The notes below the pieces were generated by a model. The model did not search any database. It saw only the letters and a program-made list of their open reading frames with translations, and had not been told where the DNA came from. A program made the position numbers and the translations under genes. From the sequence record SRR31156797_1270: 64,000 bases of DNA; one strand, written 5' to 3'. Of this stretch, positions 50,906 to 58,724 are shown piece after piece (positions within the stretch are counted from its first letter, which is position 1; each line of letters starts with the position of its first letter).

Positions 50906-51595
50906 TTAGCTCGTAAATTCTAACTTAACTTGCGGAAAAACCTGTACTATATAACGCGTCGTCGTGTAAATGAGTAGCGCGATACCCATCATTTCTAATA
51001 GCTCTTCAAACGTATAGCTGATCGCATAGATCATTGAATCCGTACCAGAGCTTTGTGCAATAACACCACCAACAAGTTCTAGGCCTAAAGCCCCTGAAAG
51101 AAACACCACTCCGGACAGAACAAACAATCCCAAAATATTTCTTGGTAAATTAATCAAAAACTTTAAGTAAGCCAGCCCCAGCACAATCGCTAAGATGCCG
51201 TAAGGAATGACCCACGCGAAATAGAACACACCAGAAGTATCCAACGATTCACGTACAGGGCCAACCAGCATTTCATGGAACTCAGACGATTCATCGATCG
51301 AGAGAAAAACGAAGATAAATGACAAACCAAACCAAGCAAATGATGGCTCTTTACGCATTCGGTGAACAAATCCGACTAGAGCTAACAACGCACTCGCTAT
51401 GAACATGGCGAAAGAAGAATACAGCGTAGGTACATTCATCTCTGTGTCGAAATCAACAAGACGAATAAAACTCTTAATGTGAGGAAAGTCTAAATAAAAC
51501 TTAGCAAATATCCCGGCTAAGTTCGCCAATAAAAGTAAGCCAATAACCGTTAAAAAAAAGATCAGTATCTTATTGGCCTTAAGTGCGATAACCAT
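50906..51595 (-). CDS. Uncharacterised integral membrane protein (about 6 TM)
   Basis: Hydrophobic helices with E.NVPTLYSS, SIDE...HE and EELLEM polar motifs. Confidence 0.75.
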   Translation of the reverse strand: MVIALKANKILIFFLTVIGLLLLANLAGIFAKFYLDFPHIKSFIRLVDFDTEMNVPTLYSSFAMFIASALLALVGFVHRMRKEPSFAWFGLSFIFVFLSIDESSEFHEMLVGPVRESLDTSGVFYFAWVIPYGILAIVLGLAYLKFLINLPRNILGLFVLSGVVFLSGALGLELVGGVIAQSSGTDSMIYAISYTFEELLEMMGIALLIYTTTRYIVQVFPQVKLEFTS

Positions 51596-51732
51596 ATCTA
51601 CTCTCTATGTATAATTGAATGTGATTTGTTGCACAATTATAGTATTAAACCTAACCAATATTCATAGAATCAATGCCTTAATACCGAATAGTATCGCGCT
51701 TTTAAGCCAATTCTTACTTTTAACTCAACCGA

Positions 51733-52191
51733 TCACTTTGAGTTCCCTTTACCATTTGATTTGCCACCACCTTGCCCATTGCCATTACCACTCCCTTTGC
51801 TCTGGTTCATTTGCTTGTTGGTGTTGTTCATTTTATTGGTGCTTTTGTTCATTTTAAGTTGTCCTGTCCCGTTTCCCGGGTTGGAGTACCTCGCGTGTGC
51901 CATAAACTCCTCTTGAGTGATTACACCATTTTTATCTTTATCAAAGGAGGCGAAAGCACTGACTGAATCCCTTCGGTTCATTTGCTTACCATCTTCATTC
52001 CCCATTTGCTGTTGCATGGTGGCACGGTAGGCATCTAGCTCGCTCAAACTAATGCCTCCACTACTGTCAGCATCAACATCAGAAAACGTCGGTGGCATAA
52101 ATTTCGCTGTATTTGTTTCTTCTTCCATCGCCATTGAGTTCAAAGGCAGTGCGACAGAAAGTGCTATTAATGTCACGATATATCTGTTCAT
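51733..52191 (-). CDS. Exported EF-hand calcium-binding protein with low-complexity tail
   Basis: Signal peptide; EF-hand loops DADSSGGISLSE and DKDKNGVITQEE; N/K/G/M/Q-rich C-terminus. Confidence 0.8.
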   Translation of the reverse strand: MNRYIVTLIALSVALPLNSMAMEEETNTAKFMPPTFSDVDADSSGGISLSELDAYRATMQQQMGNEDGKQMNRRDSVSAFASFDKDKNGVITQEEFMAHARYSNPGNGTGQLKMNKSTNKMNNTNKQMNQSKGSGNGNGQGGGKSNGKGNSK

Positions 52192-52344
52192 TTTTTCTAC
52201 CTATTAAGCTTCATTAAAGACAGTTAAAGCATAGGAAAGAATTGCGCATTGTGAGTAGCTTTACCTTTTGTCTGGAACCACCCACACACATAATTTTACT
52301 GTCAGATCTTTGCCCTTTCCCTTTACACACTATTTATAACTATA

Positions 52345-52363
52345 TTTGAAACGCAATTTCAAA
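52345..52363. promoter_or_regulatory. KdgR-type operator
   Basis: TTTGAAAC-GCA-ATTTCAAA versus KdgR core TGAAAC-N3-GTTTCA (one mismatch), about 50 bp upstream of the SDR gene. Confidence 0.6.
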
Positions 52364-52410
52364 AATGAGATGATCGATTTTTATTGCCCTATTGTTTAAA
52401 GGAAAACCTC

Positions 52411-53187
52411 ATGATTAACGACCTACAAAATAAAAATGTCATCATTACAGGTTCAACCGGTGGTATCGGTCTCGCTACCGCGAAGTATCTCGCTAAAGCT
52501 GGCGCGCACGTCACACTTACCTCATATCGTCAACACGACGATATTGATTCAACCATCCAGCAGATAAAAGAATTGGGCGGAAGTGCCAGCTTCCATCAAG
52601 TTGATTTTGCTAACGATGACGCCTGTGAGCAGTTCGTCAATCAGTTTGTCGCTCAAAATGGCGGTATTGATGTATTGATTAACAATGTGGGCGGCTTGGT
52701 GGGGCGTAAAAACACCGATGAAATTGATGAAGAATTTTTTGATGATGTGGCCTACCTAAACATGCGTTCAGCACAAACCATGGTTCGCTTATGTCTGCCT
52801 TATTTGAAAAAGTCGGCTCAGCAACATGACTGGTCAGCGTCTGTGATTAACGTTGGTTCAATTGCGGCATACTCAGGCGGTGGCCCTGGTGCTTCTTTGT
52901 ATGCGGCTTCAAAAGGTTGGCTACACAGCATCAATAGATCTTGGGCTAAAACTTACGCTCAAGATAATATCCGCTTCAACGTCGTTGCCCCTGGTACGGT
53001 TGATACCGCATTCCACGCAGATAAAGATGAAGCGGCGAAAGCGCGAATTAGCCAAGGGATCCCAATGGGACGTTTAGGCACCGCTGACGAAATGGCGCCA
53101 ACATTTGGTTACCTCTCATCTCATGCAATGTCTGGGTACATAACCGGCCAAATCATCAACATCAATGGCGGCCAGTTTATGGCGTAA
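52411..53187 (+). CDS. SDR oxidoreductase, probable 4-deoxy-L-erythro-5-hexoseulose uronate (DEH) reductase
   Basis: TGSTGGIG, YAASK; GGIDVLINN.GGLVGRK, GGGPGA.LY, PGTVDTAFHADK, GIPMGR.GTA.EMAP and SGYITGQ closely match my recall of Sphingomonas A1-R. Confidence 0.8.
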   Translation: MINDLQNKNVIITGSTGGIGLATAKYLAKAGAHVTLTSYRQHDDIDSTIQQIKELGGSASFHQVDFANDDACEQFVNQFVAQNGGIDVLINNVGGLVGRKNTDEIDEEFFDDVAYLNMRSAQTMVRLCLPYLKKSAQQHDWSASVINVGSIAAYSGGGPGASLYAASKGWLHSINRSWAKTYAQDNIRFNVVAPGTVDTAFHADKDEAAKARISQGIPMGRLGTADEMAPTFGYLSSHAMSGYITGQIININGGQFMA

Positions 53188-53196
53188 CTCCGATCA

Positions 53197-53221
53197 AGAG
53201 CTGTACACAAAGTACAGCTCT
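53197..53221. terminator. Terminator-like hairpin between convergent genes
   Basis: AGAGCTGTAC-ACAAA-GTACAGCTCT. Confidence 0.65.
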
Positions 53222-53245
53222 ATAATGCGTTTTTTGGACAACAGT

Positions 53246-54400
53246 TCAGCGTTTTTGTATTCGACTAAACACTAATCCGACCAACAATCCCCACAGCATT
53301 GAACTAACACCCAGCAATGAAACACCAGACAGAGTAATTAAAAAAGTAAACAACGCTGCTTCACGTGTTTCACCATCACTAAATGCGGTTTGCAGACACA
53401 TCAGTAATGTTCCAAGTAACGCTAATCCAGCAAGAATTTGAGTGACCTCACTCGGTAGTGCTAAAAATAGTGCCACAACGGTTGTAGCCCAAATACCAGC
53501 CACTAAGTAAAAAATGCCAGCCCAGATAGTCGCTTTGTAGCGTTGTCTTGGATCTTCATCGACTTCTTTGCCCATACAAATAGCGGCAGAAATGGCGGCT
53601 AAATTGACGCTAAAACCGCCAAATGGCGCAACAACCACATTGGCGATACCACTACCAACCAATACTGGTTTTACCGGTACCTGATAGTTATGGCTTTTAA
53701 TCATCGCAATGCCCGGTAGGTTTTGCGAAAGCATAGTGATGACATAAAGTGGAATGCTTAAATTAACCATACCAACTAAATCAAAGTTTGGTGTTACCCA
53801 CTCAGGTTGAGCAAACGCAATTTGAATGTTCGCCTCAGCAAATGCCCCTGCGAATACCGCACATAAAATTCCTACTACCAGTAATAGCGCCATTGCATAG
53901 CGTGGAAACCATTGCTTACCAATAAGGAAAGCCGCAAACATACTAAAGAAAATGATTGGGCTATCAACCACTGGGCTGAACGCTTTAATGCAAAAGGGTA
54001 ACAGTATGGCCCCCAGCATCGCAGTACCTAGCGAAGTAGGGATTCTTTCCATCGCTCGGCTCAGGGGAGAGATTAAACCGGTTAATACGATCAGTATTCC
54101 GGAAAAAATGAAAGCTCCAATAATCACCGGCATCGGATAATCCCCAACAATGCCAACCAACATAGCGGCACCTGGCGTTGACCATGCGGTGAGTACTGGC
54201 TTCTTGTAGTACCAAGAAAACAATATTGATGTCACTCCCATCACCACACCTAACGCCAACAGCCAACTCTCGATTTGTGAAGACGTTGCACCAGCCGCCG
54301 TTGCAGCTTGAATAATGATCACCACTGAACTGGTGTAGCCCACTAATACGGCGGTAAAACCTGCCGACAGGTGGCTTAAATTAAGCAATCCCCTTTGCAT
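53246..54400 (-). CDS. BenE-family (benzoate/H+ symporter-like, YdcO-like) transporter
   Basis: AVLVGYTSS, PVLTAWSTPGAA, SQNLPG, NLAAISAAIC. Confidence 0.88.
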   Translation of the reverse strand: MQRGLLNLSHLSAGFTAVLVGYTSSVVIIIQAATAAGATSSQIESWLLALGVVMGVTSILFSWYYKKPVLTAWSTPGAAMLVGIVGDYPMPVIIGAFIFSGILIVLTGLISPLSRAMERIPTSLGTAMLGAILLPFCIKAFSPVVDSPIIFFSMFAAFLIGKQWFPRYAMALLLVVGILCAVFAGAFAEANIQIAFAQPEWVTPNFDLVGMVNLSIPLYVITMLSQNLPGIAMIKSHNYQVPVKPVLVGSGIANVVVAPFGGFSVNLAAISAAICMGKEVDEDPRQRYKATIWAGIFYLVAGIWATTVVALFLALPSEVTQILAGLALLGTLLMCLQTAFSDGETREAALFTFLITLSGVSLLGVSSMLWGLLVGLVFSRIQKR

Positions 54401-54432
54401 CCTCTTCCCTACTTTCTAGCAATGTTTTTTAA

Positions 54433-54484
54433 TGTGCGTTATAACGTACAATCATCAGACTAGCACTGTGCGTTATAACGCACA
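54433..54484. promoter_or_regulatory. Two 18-bp palindromic operators between the BenE-family gene and the XRE regulator
   Basis: TGTGCGTTATAACGTACA (54433-50) and perfect palindrome TGTGCGTTATAACGCACA (54467-84). Confidence 0.75.
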
Positions 54485-54499
54485 AGAAGAGTTCAAATA

Positions 54500-55039
54500 A
54501 TGAATGACACTATTTTTAAATCTCAGATTGCTCGCCACTTAAAGGCTCAGAGAAAAGAAAAAGGGTTAAGTTTAGATGCAACGGCCAAGATGACTGGCGT
54601 GTCTAAAGCGATGCTGGGGCAAATAGAACGGGAAGAGTCGAACCCAACAATCTCTACCCTATGGAAGATCGCCAGTGGCCTAGAAACTTCGTTTTCTGCT
54701 TTTTTTGCTGATGAACCACAACTTAGAAGCAGCGAACTGACTTTTCCTGATGATCCAAAAATGAAAGTGAACACCTTGTTCCCTTATAAACCAGATGCTG
54801 GGTTCGAGATGTTTGAAATTACGCTTACCGACAAACACCAACAAATGTCAGAACCTCACGATGTTGGCGTAATTGAACATGTGTATGTGTTAAACGGTGA
54901 ACTGAATCTTTTCTATGAAGGGCAATGGCACTGTATCAAACAAGGTGAAACCGTTCGCTTTATGGCTGACCAAATCCACGGCTATCACGGCTTGTCCGAT
55001 ATCACCACATTCCAAAATATCGTCTGCTACCCAAAGTAA
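54500..55039 (+). CDS. XRE-family HTH + cupin regulator (SutR/YdcN-like)
   Basis: LSLDATAKMTGVSKAMLGQIEREESNPTISTLWKIA; cupin SEPH..GVIEH...HGY. Confidence 0.88.
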   Translation: MNDTIFKSQIARHLKAQRKEKGLSLDATAKMTGVSKAMLGQIEREESNPTISTLWKIASGLETSFSAFFADEPQLRSSELTFPDDPKMKVNTLFPYKPDAGFEMFEITLTDKHQQMSEPHDVGVIEHVYVLNGELNLFYEGQWHCIKQGETVRFMADQIHGYHGLSDITTFQNIVCYPK

Positions 55040-55080
55040 TTCATACTCAATCGTGATTTTAGTGCCATGGCTAATAAGTA

Positions 55081-55104
55081 AAAAGAGGCAGTATTGCCTC
55101 TTTT
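55081..55104. terminator. Bidirectional intrinsic terminator
   Basis: AAAAGAGGCAG-TA-TTGCCTCTTTT. Confidence 0.8.
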
Positions 55105-55123
55105 CTATTGTGAATTGAAGTGG

Positions 55124-55759
55124 TTACTTTAACTCACCGTAACGCTCTAAATACAACACGGTAGCAGCGGTCCGCGAGGGAACACATAGCTTCTTCAACA
55201 AGCTCTTCATATGAACTTTTACCGTAGCCTCAGAGATAAACAAATGATTAGCGATTTGTTTATTTCGATAACCTTTTGCTACTTGACTGAGAATTTGAGA
55301 CTCTCTATCCGTCAGTAAATCAAACACATCACTGCGCCCTTCATTATCTTTTAGATAGGTTGCAACAACATCGCTGTAAGCCTTTTCGCCACTAGATGCT
55401 TGTTTTAGCAACTTAATCAACTCATCTGGCTCGGTATCCTTTAATAGATAGCCATCAGCACCAGCTTTCACTAGGGTTTCGATATCTGCAGCACTATCCG
55501 ACACGGTTAAAATCACGATAATGGAACCACAACCATCGGTGCGCAGTGCTTGCAACGTATCTAAACCAGACATCCCCTTCATGTTTAAGTCCAGCAGGAT
55601 TAAATCCGGTTCATCTTCATGCGCCAGTGCCACAGCTTCTGTTCCATTGCTTGCTTCAGCTATCACCTCGAACTCTTCTTCAAGACTCAATAACTGGTTA
55701 ATTCCTCTACGCATTAAAGGGTGGTCATCCACCAGCATCACTCTAATTTTGCTCAACAT
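55124..55759 (-). CDS. Nitrate/nitrite response regulator (NarL/NarP type)
   Basis: VDDHPLMRRG, LLDLNMKGMSGLDTL, LuxR-type HTH; overlaps the 3' end of narQ. Confidence 0.9.
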   Translation of the reverse strand: MLSKIRVMLVDDHPLMRRGINQLLSLEEEFEVIAEASNGTEAVALAHEDEPDLILLDLNMKGMSGLDTLQALRTDGCGSIIVILTVSDSAADIETLVKAGADGYLLKDTEPDELIKLLKQASSGEKAYSDVVATYLKDNEGRSDVFDLLTDRESQILSQVAKGYRNKQIANHLFISEATVKVHMKSLLKKLCVPSRTAATVLYLERYGELK

Positions 55760-57488
55760 TGATGTCCTTAGAACGCTCACATTTTAAAATTACTTTGCAC
55801 CCAGTGTTGGGCGAAGATTCTATGACGAGTTCGCCATTCATGCGCGCAGCTCGCTCTTGCATGATACTCATACCATAGTGGTTTAGCGCTGCACTATGCT
55901 CTTTAAATCCTACACCGTTATCTTCCACAACAACTTGAACTTCACCGTTGTTTTCATCACAGCTTATACGAATATTAGTCGCACTTGCATGTTTAATCGC
56001 GTTAATCGTTGCTTCTCTAATTAACTGCATCAAGTGAACCTGTTGATGTGAATCTAAACCTAACGATGACAGGTTATTGGTCAACTCAATATCTGCATTA
56101 GTGTGTTCTTTTAACTCTTTAATCATCTCCACCAATGCCCGACCAAAATTGCCCTCTTTGATGGTCAAACGGAACGTGGTTAGCAGTTCACGTAGCTGAG
56201 TGTACGCCCCAGACAATCCGCTATCGATATCCTGAATAATTTCCGATGTCTTATCACGGTACGGGTTGTGCTCTAACTTGCCAATCACCCTTTTCAATAA
56301 TGAGACTTGAATTTTTAAGTATGAGAGCGATTGAGCCAATGAATCATGAAGCTCTCGCGCGATCGTAGCCCGCTCTTCCATCAGCAGTAATTGCTCTGCT
56401 TGCGTTTGCGAACGGTTAAAAAACACCGCACGAGCCAGCATTTGTACAAAACTGTCAATCAAAGCTTGATCGGGGCAAGGCAAACCCGCTCGCCAGTACA
56501 GACGTCCTAACTGCTGGTTATCCATCATCAGAACGTGCTCGTGGCAATTGTTATGGCAGTCACCTTCGCAATAGCCTTCAGACAACACAATGCCTTTGCC
56601 CGCTTCCTCATCAATCTCCAGCCTTGCGCCTTCGATACCTTCAATACTGACAATGCTCTTTAACAGAACCTGAAAGTTTTCCTGACTAATTCGGGATGCA
56701 GTCAACTGCTGGGATGATTCATACAGCACCTGTAAAGATTGATTCGCATGCTGGAGCTTGTGGGTTTTCTCATTCACTGCATTTTCTAAACCACGATAAA
56801 GTTTACCTAACTCGCTAGCCATATCATTAAAGGTACGAGTTAATATCGCCATTTCATTACGGCCACTGACTCTAAGCTCAACATCAAACGAGCGGTTTTG
56901 AATTTGTTCACTGGCCACCACTAGGTTGCGCAAAGGGCCAACAACTTCTCTACGGGTATAACCAATGACAAACAGAGAGGCGAACAAGATACCGCTCAAA
57001 CCAGCACCACCGACCCATGCCAGTTTAATTAACTTACTTTCGGAAAACTGCTGCAGTTTATAAACAAACACATCAATTTGGCTGACAAATCCAGACACTA
57101 AATCCAAGTACTCATCACGACGTTCGCTCGCAAGCAACACTTTTAACTGCGTCCAACGCGAAATAATCTCGTTGTAGTCCTGTTGAATATCTTGAGGAAC
57201 CGTCCAGTGCTGAAGAGCTCTCATCGATGATGAATGTAGTGACTTTTCAAAAGTTTCTATGTGCTCGTTAAAATCTGATGATGTACTGTGTATATCGTGA
57301 GCCAAACGATAACTTTGCATTCGCATCGAACCAGCAACGTTAACCGCTTCAGCGTCATTGAGCGATGAGGCTAACGTGACTATCGCAAAGCCTGTAGTGA
57401 CAAAAGACAGCAACAGTATCAACAACATTGCTTTCGCAATGGTGCCAGTCAGTGATTTCTCAACCTTTTTAACCAAAAACCTACCCAA
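55743..57488 (-). CDS. narQ: Nitrate/nitrite sensor histidine kinase NarQ
   Basis: P-box DAEAVNVAGSMRMQSYRL, HAMP, H-box ERATIARELHDSLAQ, HYGMSIMQERA. Confidence 0.92.
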   Translation of the reverse strand: MGRFLVKKVEKSLTGTIAKAMLLILLLSFVTTGFAIVTLASSLNDAEAVNVAGSMRMQSYRLAHDIHSTSSDFNEHIETFEKSLHSSSMRALQHWTVPQDIQQDYNEIISRWTQLKVLLASERRDEYLDLVSGFVSQIDVFVYKLQQFSESKLIKLAWVGGAGLSGILFASLFVIGYTRREVVGPLRNLVVASEQIQNRSFDVELRVSGRNEMAILTRTFNDMASELGKLYRGLENAVNEKTHKLQHANQSLQVLYESSQQLTASRISQENFQVLLKSIVSIEGIEGARLEIDEEAGKGIVLSEGYCEGDCHNNCHEHVLMMDNQQLGRLYWRAGLPCPDQALIDSFVQMLARAVFFNRSQTQAEQLLLMEERATIARELHDSLAQSLSYLKIQVSLLKRVIGKLEHNPYRDKTSEIIQDIDSGLSGAYTQLRELLTTFRLTIKEGNFGRALVEMIKELKEHTNADIELTNNLSSLGLDSHQQVHLMQLIREATINAIKHASATNIRISCDENNGEVQVVVEDNGVGFKEHSAALNHYGMSIMQERAARMNGELVIESSPNTGCKVILKCERSKDINVEQN

Positions 57489-57665
57489 CCCTATCCGCTA
57501 TGGCTTACCAATCTACTTCCCATTATTACTCATAACTCTAAGGTCAGTTAACTTTAAGTAACGATATATATCTCGTTTAGAACATCTCACACGCTCGCTT
57601 TATGCTGTCTCAAAATTTGAACCGGTACTGTATAGACAATATGTGATCACTCTCGTTAAAAATTA

Positions 57666-57679
57666 TTGATCTAAAACAA
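57666..57679. promoter_or_regulatory. FNR-like site in the narQ-napF divergent region
   Basis: TTGAT-CTAA-AACAA versus TTGAT-N4-ATCAA (one mismatch). Confidence 0.6.
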
Positions 57680-57693
57680 CACCTCCCCCCAAT

Positions 57694-57709
57694 TACCCCC
57701 TTGTAGGTA
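57694..57709. promoter_or_regulatory. NarP/NarL 7-2-7 site
   Basis: TACCCCC-TT-GTAGGTA versus TACYYMT-N2-AKRRGTA. Confidence 0.6.
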
Positions 57710-57920
57710 TTTAACAATATAGGTCTAAAACTACAATTTTCATAAGGATAAGTGATATACGATTTTCTACTTAGAATAACTATGAATTCAAATCACTGCC
57801 TTGCCTAAGAGCGAATAAATTTCGCTGAACCAGAAGCTTGAGGTTACTTGGGTATAAGTTGTAGCTCATGAATGCTGAACTACAATTTATTAATCACTTA
57901 CAAAAACTAGGGAAACTGTA

Positions 57921-58403
57921 TTGGTTGATTTAGCAAGGCGTCGATTGTTTTCTCGCAAGTCTATTGAAGACTCAGAATTTCTAATGCCTTGGGTCGAGCA
58001 TTCAGGTTCATTTACCGAGGACTGTACTCGCTGTGGTAAATGTGTCTCAGCCTGTGAAACCGGCATCATCATTAATGGCGATGGTGGCTATCCAACCATA
58101 GATTTCAGTCGAGGAGAATGCACATTTTGCTATCAATGTGCGCAGGTATGCCCAGAGCCCATTTTCCTTCCTAAATCAGAATCCCCTTGGCAAGCAAAGG
58201 CCGCGATCAAAGAAAGCTGCCTAGCGACACAGAATGTTGAATGCCGAAGTTGCAGTGAGATGTGCGACACCATGGCAATTAGTTTTAAGTTGCAACTTAA
58301 CAAAGTTGCACAACCAGTTATCAATATCGATGACTGTAGCGGTTGCGGTGCATGCGTTTCGGTATGCCCAACAGCAGCCATACATGTGAGCAATACACAA
58401 TAA
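57921..58403 (+). CDS. napF: Ferredoxin-type protein NapF
   Basis: RRRLF N-terminus, four CxxCxxCxxxC clusters; TTG start. Confidence 0.93.
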   Translation: MVDLARRRLFSRKSIEDSEFLMPWVEHSGSFTEDCTRCGKCVSACETGIIINGDGGYPTIDFSRGECTFCYQCAQVCPEPIFLPKSESPWQAKAAIKESCLATQNVECRSCSEMCDTMAISFKLQLNKVAQPVINIDDCSGCGACVSVCPTAAIHVSNTQ

Positions 58404-58418
58404 GAATGAGAGTTATGT

Positions 58419-58724
58419 ATGTCACTGAATGAAGTGCACATTTCAAGCTTAGTGGTTCATGTGCTGCCACAGCACGTTGAATCAATAAAGGCTCAAATCG
58501 AAGATTTCGACAACGCAGAAATCTACGGCGACAGCCCAGAAGGCAAGATTGTTGTGGTGCTTGAAACTGAAAACCAAGGTTTCATCACCGACACTATTGA
58601 TGCCATTAATAATTTACCCAATGTGCTCAGCACCGTTTTGGTCTACCACCAAATAGAAACCGATTTAGAGCAATTGGACGAAGACACTGGAATCCAACAA
58701 TCCCAAATTGAGGGTGAAGTATGA
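58419..58724 (+). CDS. napD: Nap chaperone NapD
   Basis: [22 protein letters not shown]; position in operon. Confidence 0.92.
   Translation: MSLNEVHISSLVVHVLPQHVESIKAQIEDFDNAEIYGDSPEGKIVVVLETENQGFITDTIDAINNLPNVLSTVLVYHQIETDLEQLDEDTGIQQSQIEGEV

Noticed and set aside
52300-52316. TGTCAGATCTTTG as a further PEP-CTERM box
   Set aside because: Lacks TGT-N11-ACA spacing and no sigma54 promoter found nearby
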